Source: a virus
Lineage: Duplodnaviria > Caudoviricetes
Reading direction: 5' to 3' (one strand)
DNA length: 43,843 nt
IMG/VR virus record: IMGVR_UViG_3300008252_000138
Span: 1-43,843 of that record
The first letter of the stretch is position 1, and each line of letters begins with the position of its first letter. A program made the translations under genes and the position numbers. Under the pieces are notes generated by a model. It did not search any database and was not told the origin of the DNA. It worked only from the letters and a program-made list of their open reading frames with translations. Positions 1 to 7,522 of the stretch are shown here, in pieces.

Positions 1-288
1 ATGAAGGTATCCCAGCTCATCCAACTGCTCAGCAGCTACCCTACGGATACGGAGGTACTCGTGGAAGGCTACGAGAACGGTTACGACCCGCTTCATTCCG
101 TGTACATGCAAACACTCGCCAAGGTGCTGAATGCTGCGGACTATGACGGCCTGTTCGATGCACCTGAAAACCTGGTACTGGACGTTACAGGGGAGACACT
201 GACAGGCATACGAAGGATGGCTCGAAGGGAAAATGGCGAACACCACAGTTATCTGGTGATCACGGGATTGCGAGGACACCGACGGTAA
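1..288 (+). CDS. Hypothetical protein outside this prophage, probably from a neighbouring integrated element
   Basis: 95-aa ORF at the window edge, left of the att site; no family recognised. Confidence 0.6.
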   Translation: MKVSQLIQLLSSYPTDTEVLVEGYENGYDPLHSVYMQTLAKVLNAADYDGLFDAPENLVLDVTGETLTGIRRMARRENGEHHSYLVITGLRGHRR

Positions 289-491
289 GACGCTAGAGGC
301 GAATTGCTTGACTGCGATACCGGCCTGACAGGGAGAAATCAGAGCATCAAGGCGAAGCCTGTTACGCACCCACCAGAACGAGCGGCCACCAACAGCTGGC
401 GATGCAGAAGCCTTACAGCGGCGATCTATAACGGACTTTTGAGCCCTGGCAAAACCCTACCCCAATCCTACCCCGGAGCTGGTTTTCACAT

Positions 492-523
492 AAAAAAAGG
501 GCTACGCTGAAGCGTAACCCTTT
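492..523 (-). terminator. Intrinsic terminator downstream of the tRNA-Thr 3' fragment
   Basis: AAAGGGCTACGC-TGAA-GCGTAACCCTTT hairpin; the A-tract at 492-498 is a U-tract on the minus strand. Confidence 0.7.
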
Positions 524-531
524 GATTTGTC

Positions 532-579
532 TGGTGCCGGCACCAAGAGTCGAACTCGGGACCTACTGATTACAAGTCA
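532..579 (-). other. att core: 3' 48 nt of tRNA-Thr(TGT)
   Basis: Reverse complement TGACTTGTAATCAGTAGGTCCCGAGTTCGACTCTTGGTGCCGGCACCA gives anticodon arm (TGT), T-arm GTTCGA and CCA end; the D-arm and 5' half are absent. Confidence 0.9.
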
Positions 580-596
580 CTCAAATTGAGCCGTCA

Positions 597-682
597 CATC
601 AAATACTTACGCGCCGCAATTGTACGCAACACCCACCCGTAAACGCCAGTGATATCGGGGGCTTCACAAACCATTGTACGCA
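597..682. promoter_or_regulatory. Putative attP-arm elements: IHF-like site and integrase arm-type direct repeats
   Basis: CATCAA-ATAC-TTA at 597-609 (IHF consensus WATCAANNNNTTR, 1 mismatch); ATTGTACGCA repeated at 619-628 and 673-682. Confidence 0.55.
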
Positions 683-690
683 TCAATAAA

Positions 691-706
691 CTGTATACAT
701 ATACAG
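691..706. promoter_or_regulatory. LexA (SOS) box
   Basis: CTGTATACATATACAG = CTG-N10-CAG with an AT-rich core, 13 nt upstream of ATG 720. Confidence 0.85.
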
Positions 707-719
707 CAAAGGTGCAGCC

Positions 720-1016
720 ATGATTTTCTACGTGACACGCATGCGGGTGAAGGGGCGGCCGCTCACACCCGAACAGATAAGCCGCGGTGAGCGCATCCAG
801 TGCAACGTGAGCGTGCGCCACGAGAGCTGTGATCTTGGGCGGGCGTCTGTAGTGGCGAGAACCGCGGGTAGCGGCGGACCGCTGGAGAAAGGCCCCTTGC
901 CAGACCTGATTGACGTTCAGCTGCACTCGATGGTGCCGAATGCGATGGTGCTGTCAGGCATAGAGGAAATCGACGGGGTTATGTACGCGCAGTCCTGGCT
1001 GTGCAGGCCTGATTGA
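720..1016 (+). CDS. Small SOS-regulated prophage hypothetical protein
   Basis: 98-aa ORF, AAGGTG SD, SOS box immediately upstream. Confidence 0.8.
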   Translation: MIFYVTRMRVKGRPLTPEQISRGERIQCNVSVRHESCDLGRASVVARTAGSGGPLEKGPLPDLIDVQLHSMVPNAMVLSGIEEIDGVMYAQSWLCRPD

Positions 1017-1087
1017 CGATTTAGCGTTACGGTGAAATGTCACGAAAGCACGAAAAACACTGAAGGGAAATAGCTGTTAGAGTGCGC

Positions 1088-1405
1088 TTACCGCTCGAAA
1101 CCAGCTCTTGAGATTTCATCATTTGCTGAGAATGGCGTGGCTGGTTATTGGTGTTAGCATACGGATACCGCTTTACCTAACCAGCTTTCAGCCGGCGAGC
1201 GGTAAAGGTCGATACTTGCGGTGAACGCACTGCTGCAACAGCGCGCCACCGCAGTATCAGCGCCGTGGGGCGCCGAGCCTGTAGGCCCTAGTCATTGATG
1301 CACTTGCGATGCCCGCCCATCATTGAAAAATGAGCGGCGAATGTCAATGAGCTAGACCTCTGCTTGGCGGTTGGATCAACCATTCTGACCAATGGAGGCC
1401 TGCCT
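1088..1405 (+). ncRNA. Highly structured 5' leader of the putative type I toxin mRNA
   Basis: Inverted repeats 1088-1097/1196-1205, 1211-1223/1247-1258 and 1288-1298/1344-1355; anti-SD stem 1357-1367/1389-1398. Confidence 0.55.
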
Positions 1406-1507
1406 ATGATCTATATGCGGGTTTTGGATTTGGTACTGAGCCTGCTTCAGAAAGCAATTGAGCTGTGGCTTCTGATTCAGGACCTTCCTCTGCCGATGCT
1501 TGGTTAA
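1406..1507 (+). CDS. 33-aa hydrophobic/amphipathic peptide, candidate type I toxin (TisB/DinQ-like); not in ORF track
   Basis: MIYMRVLDLVLSLLQKAIELWLLIQDLPLPMLG; GGAGG SD at 1394-1398, 7 nt before ATG; terminator directly after the stop. Confidence 0.7.
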   Translation: MIYMRVLDLVLSLLQKAIELWLLIQDLPLPMLG

Positions 1508-1510
1508 GGG

Positions 1511-1542
1511 AAATCGGTGCGGCTTTGGCCGCACCGACTTTT
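1511..1542. terminator. Intrinsic terminator, probably bidirectional
   Basis: TCGGTGCGGC-TTTG-GCCGCACCGA perfect 10-bp stem with CTTTT after and AAA before; lies between convergent genes. Confidence 0.85.
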
Positions 1543-1565
1543 ACAAACAGCATCAGAGCAACCGG

Positions 1566-1790
1566 TCACTGACTCAGCGCCTCAATCAAGCCAGCCTTGC
1601 CGGCAGCGCACTCGCGGTACATACCAGCCAGCTCGATATCCATCAGCAGCAGCTCACCCATGTCGACCGTATCCGGTACCGCAGGCATCGGCGGGCACTC
1701 CTGCAGAAGTCCGGCGTCAATTCTTGCGGGCTGACTCGAGGAGCAGGCGACCAGAGTCAGGCAGCACGCAGTCACGATAAATAGTTTCAC
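1566..1790 (-). CDS. o-spanin (Rz1-like lipoprotein)
   Basis: GTG start with GAGGTG SD, lipobox LVA-C, Pro-rich, overlaps i-spanin 3' end. Confidence 0.8.
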   Translation of the reverse strand: MKLFIVTACCLTLVACSSSQPARIDAGLLQECPPMPAVPDTVDMGELLLMDIELAGMYRECAAGKAGLIEALSQ

Positions 1791-2022
1791 GCAGCACCTC
1801 CGTGCGGCCTTGCTGGTAGATGGTTTTGTTCTCGATGCGAATGCCGGCGATCTGATCGAGCGTCTTGCTGGATATCTCACGCACCAGGGCGTCGGCAGCT
1901 TCCTGGGCGATTCGGTCACGCTCAAGGTCATACGCCACCTTCCATGCGTGCAGCTGCCAACCGGTCACGAGCGCAATTGCAGCGACTGCCGCATAAGCGG
2001 CGATCCTGACTTTATCGATCAT
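1717..2022 (-). CDS. i-spanin (Rz-like)
   Basis: MIDKVRIAAYAAVAAIALVTGW N-terminal TM segment, helical periplasmic part, C-terminal Cys; directly after the endolysin. Confidence 0.8.
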   Translation of the reverse strand: MIDKVRIAAYAAVAAIALVTGWQLHAWKVAYDLERDRIAQEAADALVREISSKTLDQIAGIRIENKTIYQQGRTEVLRETIYRDCVLPDSGRLLLESARKN

Positions 2023-2548
2023 ACTGCACCTCACTTGCCAGCAGATCCGCCAGCACCTCGGCCAGCTGCATCTTCCAGCGCTGGTATGCAGCCAGGTCAT
2101 CAGGGTTGCTGATGAAGAACAGCTCAACGATGACGCCGCCACCTCGACTGACGAACGCCAAGCGGCTGTGCTGCCCGCTAGCTTCGCCTTTGGCACCGCG
2201 ATTTGCGATGCCAAGCGTCTGGCTGACGGCGTTGCAGATCCTCTGCCCAAACTCGGCATGGCCTGGCCAGCCCAACGTCTCTACGCCAGTAGCCGTGGGT
2301 TTGTGGAATGCGTTGCAGTGGAACTCCAGGGCAATGTCATGCTTGGCCGCCAGCTGCCAAGCCTTTGAAAGCGGCAGGTTTTGGCGCTGATCGCCGTCCC
2401 GATCGAACTCTACGCCCCGCGCCTGCAGCGCATCTGCCAGCAGGTCGCGAAACTCCAGTACGATGTCAGCCTCGGTGTGCCCATTGCCCACAGCGCCAGG
2501 ATCAACGTCGGAGTGGCCGGCGCTGATGAACAGTGATTTGGATTGCAT
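2012..2548 (-). CDS. Endolysin, N-acetylmuramoyl-L-alanine amidase (Amidase_3 type)
   Basis: ISAGH..DPGA, E, EFHCNA and VELFFISN zinc-amidase motifs; CAGGAG SD before MQSKS. Confidence 0.9.
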   Translation of the reverse strand: MQSKSLFISAGHSDVDPGAVGNGHTEADIVLEFRDLLADALQARGVEFDRDGDQRQNLPLSKAWQLAAKHDIALEFHCNAFHKPTATGVETLGWPGHAEFGQRICNAVSQTLGIANRGAKGEASGQHSRLAFVSRGGGVIVELFFISNPDDLAAYQRWKMQLAEVLADLLASEVQYDR

Positions 2549-2572
2549 TGAGAACTCCTGAAAGTCAGGCAC

Positions 2573-2596
2573 AAAAAAGCCGCCTATTCGGCGGCT
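2573..2596 (-). terminator. Intrinsic terminator between tail genes and endolysin
   Basis: AGCCGCC-TATTC-GGCGGCT stem followed by a U6 tract on the minus strand. Confidence 0.75.
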
Positions 2597-2728
2597 GTTG
2601 TGATGGGGTTATCGTTTGCTGGTTTTTGCCAGCGACAGCGCCCACGTGGGCGGGCACTATCGTGCTGGCTCTACAGGGACGTGAGCTGTTCCAATGCCGG
2701 GTTTTGCAGTACCGGCAACTCTCCCCCG

Positions 2729-2965
2729 CTATACCTCAATGTCGTACTGCGGCAGGCTGGGCGCCTGGCCGGTGATGCTGCCGTCAGTGATGAACGCCTT
2801 TTGCCCTACCCCGACGCCGGTGCCCTGCACCACCACATTCACGCCATTGCGCAAGGTGACGGTGCTGGTTCCGGTTGTGCTGCTGACGCTGGCCACGGTG
2901 CCGACTGTGCGGCTGCCGCCTGGCAGCAGGCCGATGAAGCGTTTCCACGGGTTGACTGTTGCCAC
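2729..2965 (-). CDS. Small tail-tip-associated protein
   Basis: 78 aa, beta-rich, start overlaps the stop of the upstream tail gene. Confidence 0.7.
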   Translation of the reverse strand: MATVNPWKRFIGLLPGGSRTVGTVASVSSTTGTSTVTLRNGVNVVVQGTGVGVGQKAFITDGSITGQAPSLPQYDIEV

Positions 2966-4836
2966 TACGCGCCCTCCGCGTGATGCCGTTCAAGACGGAC
3001 GCTTTGCTTAACCCGGCTTGCGCCGATGCCCTCTGCGGTGATCTCTGTGCTCAGGCACAGGCCGCGCCAGGTCTCGCTCACGTCGCGCACTTCACACAGC
3101 TGCGCGGGCGTCACTAGCCCAGGCGCAGTGGCTGCAGGGAAGAGCGGCAGGTTCAGGGTGACGATCTCCTGATTGCCACCCTTGCTGATCTCGGCAATGC
3201 CTCGGCTGCGAGCCACCTCGGTGCCGGTGATCCAGTCTGCGAACACGTCCGGCGCAGGGTTATCGCCGGCGGTACCTGCGCGGCGCACATCGACCGCGAC
3301 GCCGTAGTTGGTGCCGCTGACATAGCAGCCATTCCAGTCTGGCTGCGGCTGCCACTCGCTGCCCCAGTCGCTGATGATGGCAGCGGGAATGATGCGATCC
3401 ATCACGGCGCTCGACCATTGCCAGACCGGCTCGCGGTAGCGCGGCAGGATGGTCAGCTCATCGCTGGCCATTGCAGGGCTGACTACGCCGCCGGCTGTTT
3501 CAGCCAGCGCGGCAATCACCTGCATCGGGGTCTGGCTCTGGTAGCTAAACGCCCCGGCCGGCAGCGTCCAATCGGGCGGGCCGAGGGTGTAGCTGTCCCA
3601 GTTCAAGGTGAAGCCGGTATTGATCAGCTCATTACTTGCTGCCAGCTCGGCGTTGATATCTGCCGTGTTCACCTGGCTGCGGGTTGGCGCGTAAGGTGCG
3701 GCCAGCAGCTGGGTGCGGCTAACGCCCGTGATGCCGTAGGCTTCTTTGCCGAACTGGCCGGAGCCGCTGTAGCGCTCGATCAGGAACACCCAGACGTGAC
3801 CATTGATGGTCACTTCCACTTCCTTGGGGCCGCTGGCGTCCGGCCGCACCTGATTGAGCGACGTGCGCCCGAACAGGTTGGCCGAGAGCGTCCAGGCGAA
3901 GCTATCGATATCACGCCCTATGCGGATGTTAGTCGCATCCAGCGCCACCCGGTCAGGCAGCACCACAACGCTGACGCTGTTGGCGATCATGTAGGTCTCC
4001 AGAATATCCGGCTCGGCCGGCGGGGTGATGATGGTGATGGGGCCTTCGTAGTCTGGGTACTCAATGCCGGTTGGTACTGGGTCGAGCGGCGTGGCCCTGC
4101 CCCACGGCAAGCGGCTGCCGTGGTTGACCCGGCGCGCAGGGCGGACGGGCAACCCAGTTGAGGCATCCACAGGGCCGATCTGGCCGGCCACCGTTGGCGG
4201 CAGCGCGAAGGTGAAGAACACCGCACCGTTCACCGCCGGCGTGTACAGCCCCCCATCGAACGCGAACGCCAACGGCTGCGGCGGCACATAAAGCTGGCTG
4301 CTCTGCTGCTGCAGCTTGCGCACGCGATACTCAGCGCTGCGCTGGTAGCGGCCACGGGTGGTCGCATCCTTTGCCGGCACGCGCGGGTTGTAGACCAGCC
4401 GCACCTGCCACTCGACCGGCTGAATGCTCTGATCCCACCCCGGCGCAACGCCCAGATCCTTGGCTGGCAGATCGCCCCATTGCGCGCGGGTTGCTGCGCC
4501 ATCCATAGCGCTGGCAGTGCCCCACTCCAGATCGCTGCTGCTGTCCTTCGCTGGCACCCCAGACCACGGCGCACCGCGCTGCAGGTCGACCACCTGGCCG
4601 ATACCCCAGCCCGAGGCACCTGCCGCATCGCGGTAGCCAACAGCGCTCCAGCTCGCAGCCGCCACAGCATCAGCGGATGCTGACGGATGAGACCAGGCAC
4701 TGGTGATCGAGGTGACCAGGCTTGGGGGAAGTACGAAGCCAGAGGCTGCACTTCCGAACCAAAACTCCGGCACCGCCGGAGGATCGTAAGCATCCCCACC
4801 GAGCTGGAAGTTGGCTAACCCAGGCTGGTAAGTCAT
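2965..4836 (-). CDS. Tail tip/hub-like virion protein
   Basis: 623 aa in the tail operon; W-spaced N-terminal repeats, hub-like C-terminal half. Confidence 0.7.
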   Translation of the reverse strand: MTYQPGLANFQLGGDAYDPPAVPEFWFGSAASGFVLPPSLVTSITSAWSHPSASADAVAAASWSAVGYRDAAGASGWGIGQVVDLQRGAPWSGVPAKDSSSDLEWGTASAMDGAATRAQWGDLPAKDLGVAPGWDQSIQPVEWQVRLVYNPRVPAKDATTRGRYQRSAEYRVRKLQQQSSQLYVPPQPLAFAFDGGLYTPAVNGAVFFTFALPPTVAGQIGPVDASTGLPVRPARRVNHGSRLPWGRATPLDPVPTGIEYPDYEGPITIITPPAEPDILETYMIANSVSVVVLPDRVALDATNIRIGRDIDSFAWTLSANLFGRTSLNQVRPDASGPKEVEVTINGHVWVFLIERYSGSGQFGKEAYGITGVSRTQLLAAPYAPTRSQVNTADINAELAASNELINTGFTLNWDSYTLGPPDWTLPAGAFSYQSQTPMQVIAALAETAGGVVSPAMASDELTILPRYREPVWQWSSAVMDRIIPAAIISDWGSEWQPQPDWNGCYVSGTNYGVAVDVRRAGTAGDNPAPDVFADWITGTEVARSRGIAEISKGGNQEIVTLNLPLFPAATAPGLVTPAQLCEVRDVSETWRGLCLSTEITAEGIGASRVKQSVRLERHHAEGA

Positions 4837-4851
4837 GTAGCTACCCCTGAG

Positions 4852-5949
4852 TTAGACGGCAGGGCCAATAGTTGGGAATGGCGCATTTGGAGGCGTGAAG
4901 CTATCGGTATAGCGAGCGACCCCCTTGGTCACCCGCACTAGGTCTGCATATCCGTAGTACGGCTGCTGCCGCACATTACTCCTACCGATACGAAGGACCC
5001 CGCCCGTTAGGTCACGGCTATCAGAGCCGGTGGCCACCAGCGCCCCGCCAAGAAAGAGTCTCGATACTCCAGAAGCACTCGTGACGGCATAGTGAATCCA
5101 CTCAGAAAACATGATCGTCTGTGATCCCGACATGATCCTGGCGGCGTTTGTCCAAACTGACGGCACGTTACCCGGCGCTGCACCAGTTGGGTAAACGGCT
5201 ATACCCGTATCACCGGCCCCTCCAGAAATCCTGCTATCAAATAAGCAGGCATACGAACTAACCGCGTTGCTCTTGATAAAACACTCGTACGTGTAGTCCT
5301 GAGTCCCCATCTGCAGATTTGGGTTTGCGGAAGAAGTCAGGTCTGCCGCACCACCGAAATACGCGGCCCCGCCTCCAAATACGCCCGACTCCTCTGGGAA
5401 CAAAACCCCGATGTTGTCCCAAACCCCACCCTTCAAGTCGGTGACACCACCATCAAATCGAAGGTACGCCACAACCTGATCCCAATAGGGATCAAACGCC
5501 CCCTGCACCCAACTGATATCACTAACCGGCCCATGAGCTATTGGCTGGTAATGCCGGACCGCTTGCATCATGGCCGTGCCCACCTCTCGGGGCACGCCTG
5601 CCATTGAGTTCCACCACTCCGGCTCGGCACTGGGTAGCGCTCCCGGGGAAGTGACCTGATACATCCAGCCGAGGAACTGAGTTGGCCGAATAACATCGCC
5701 AGCGACTACCGCCAGGTCCGGCTCGAATGGAGTACCCCACTCGTCAATCGCAACGGCGTAGATCCGACTGGTAGGAAGGCCAGTAATAGCAATCTCGGCA
5801 ACACCGTTTCCATCACTGGCACCATGACCGCACACCCGCCACTGCCCATAATCTGGCAGCTCGATAGCAACTACCTGCCTAGAGGCCGGCAAGTCGCCCA
5901 CGCGAACAGTCGCCGCCAGCGTGCCAAACCATAGGTTTTCTTCACTCAT
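4852..5949 (-). CDS. Receptor-binding/tail fibre protein with C-terminal LamG/ConA-like lectin domain
   Basis: Start MSEENLW by TGATG coupling; DPYWDQVVAYLRFDG, DYTYECFI, WIHYAV and LVRVTKGVARYT..FTPP motifs; less GC-biased than its neighbours. Confidence 0.8.
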   Translation of the reverse strand: MSEENLWFGTLAATVRVGDLPASRQVVAIELPDYGQWRVCGHGASDGNGVAEIAITGLPTSRIYAVAIDEWGTPFEPDLAVVAGDVIRPTQFLGWMYQVTSPGALPSAEPEWWNSMAGVPREVGTAMMQAVRHYQPIAHGPVSDISWVQGAFDPYWDQVVAYLRFDGGVTDLKGGVWDNIGVLFPEESGVFGGGAAYFGGAADLTSSANPNLQMGTQDYTYECFIKSNAVSSYACLFDSRISGGAGDTGIAVYPTGAAPGNVPSVWTNAARIMSGSQTIMFSEWIHYAVTSASGVSRLFLGGALVATGSDSRDLTGGVLRIGRSNVRQQPYYGYADLVRVTKGVARYTDSFTPPNAPFPTIGPAV

Positions 5950-7520
5950 CAGTCTGCATCCCCACGAATCTGGATCTTGAACTGGTCGTCCTCGACTGTG
6001 CCTTGCCCACTGACCACAGTACGTACGATCCACATCGGCCCGAGGCAGGCTTCGGTGTTGAAACGCACTGCGTTGCTCGCTGCCCAGCCGCTGCCCCAAC
6101 CTGCAGCCCGAATGATGAAGTAGGGCATGCCAGTGGCAGGATTGATCGGCGCGCAATCGTTGCCGGTTGTACCCGCGGCGATCACACCCAGTTGCGCTTC
6201 CACCACGTTGAACGCGGTTGAACTGGTGAAGATCAGCGCCCACTTGCCGGTGATTGCACCAATGTTGGTGATCTCGACCGGGTAGTTCAGCAGGTTGAAC
6301 TGCGCAGTGGTGCTGTTGCCCTGCTGGGTGTCAGTCCAGTTGGGCGCGCCGGTGTTCCACGTCTGCTGGGTGAACCAGTTGAATACCCGCGCCTGCAGGT
6401 CGCCCCAGGTCACGGCGCTGCTGACCACCGTTTCAGCGGCGGGCAGGTCCCACGGCACGGGCGAGCCAATGCCGAGCGCGCCGGTGATCTGCACCTCGGT
6501 GCACACGGTCATGTGCTCCACGCGGTCGCGGATCACCAGCGGGCTGGTCAGCGGGTTGCCTTCGGCATCCACGGCGGTGAACGGGTCTGCCCAGGTCAGC
6601 GTGCCCAGCTCACGGTCAGTGGTGTACTGATCCGGGCGCAGGGCAACACCGTTGGCGTCGACCATTTCGATGGCCGCCTGGTAGATACGCGGCAGCTGCA
6701 CCGTTTGACCGGCCACCGGGGTGGCCTCTGTCTCTGCGGTGTGCTGGATCACCAGCACGTCGCCGTCGCGGTACACCGGCACTCGCCCGTCTGCCGGCAG
6801 GCGCACCGGGTCGAGCCCCAGCAGCTCTGCGGACATTGGCAGGCTGGTCTGCACAACGGCGTTGTATGTGATCAGCGATGCGATCACCGGCACGCTGGCT
6901 GCGCCGCTCACGTCGAGCGGGTCAGTGGTGAAGCGCAGGCGGACGATGCCGGTTTGAATGTCTACGGTGCCGTGAATAATGCCGCCGGTGATGGTGCCGT
7001 TCAGGTCTGCCGTGGCGGTGACGATCTCTGCTGTGTCTGCCCGAACTACAGTGATCTGCAGGCTGGCTGGCCGCAGCGGTGCGCCGGGCGTGCGGAACGT
7101 GAGTTCGGTCGTGCTGAAGCCTGCGCTGCTGGTGAGGCAGGCGAGGCGCGTGACGCCGCCGCTGATGCCTGCCGGGTAGCTGGCCAGCGTGGCCTTGCGG
7201 CCGAGGTAGTCGACCGTGCCCACGGCCACACCGGCGTTAGTGCTGGTATTGACCGCGCGGAACAGCACGCCAGCGCGATCAATGTAGGTCTCGCCGCCCC
7301 ACTGCAGCACAAGGCTGCCGGGTACGATCGGGTCTGCCACACCGGGCAGCAGGTCCAGCTCCAGCGCCGGCGTGCTGACGGAGTGGCTTTGGCTTTCATA
7401 GGTGGCACCGGCAGCCTGGGCACGCACCATCAACGTGCCGCCGAATACCTCCTGACGCGGCACAACGGTGGTAACCGTGCGCGGCGTGCTTTTGTATCGT
7501 TTACCCGCGACTACGCCCAT
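5949..7520 (-). CDS. Tail/baseplate-like virion structural protein (C-terminal part of a large tail module)
   Basis: 523 aa; LLGLDPVRLPADGRVP motif; GAGGT SD. Confidence 0.75.
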   Translation of the reverse strand: MGVVAGKRYKSTPRTVTTVVPRQEVFGGTLMVRAQAAGATYESQSHSVSTPALELDLLPGVADPIVPGSLVLQWGGETYIDRAGVLFRAVNTSTNAGVAVGTVDYLGRKATLASYPAGISGGVTRLACLTSSAGFSTTELTFRTPGAPLRPASLQITVVRADTAEIVTATADLNGTITGGIIHGTVDIQTGIVRLRFTTDPLDVSGAASVPVIASLITYNAVVQTSLPMSAELLGLDPVRLPADGRVPVYRDGDVLVIQHTAETEATPVAGQTVQLPRIYQAAIEMVDANGVALRPDQYTTDRELGTLTWADPFTAVDAEGNPLTSPLVIRDRVEHMTVCTEVQITGALGIGSPVPWDLPAAETVVSSAVTWGDLQARVFNWFTQQTWNTGAPNWTDTQQGNSTTAQFNLLNYPVEITNIGAITGKWALIFTSSTAFNVVEAQLGVIAAGTTGNDCAPINPATGMPYFIIRAAGWGSGWAASNAVRFNTEACLGPMWIVRTVVSGQGTVEDDQFKIQIRGDAD

Positions 7521-7522
7521 CG

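Noticed and set aside
532-607. Intact tRNA-Thr gene
   Set aside because: Similarity stops after the anticodon arm; there is no D-arm or 5' acceptor strand, so it is an att fragment
1088-1360. Retron msr-msd or DGR template
   Set aside because: No reverse transcriptase in the window and no adenine-variable repeat pair seen
2597-2728. c-di-GMP riboswitch suggested by GCAAA elements
   Set aside because: The expected two-stem consensus with tetraloop/receptor is not recognisable
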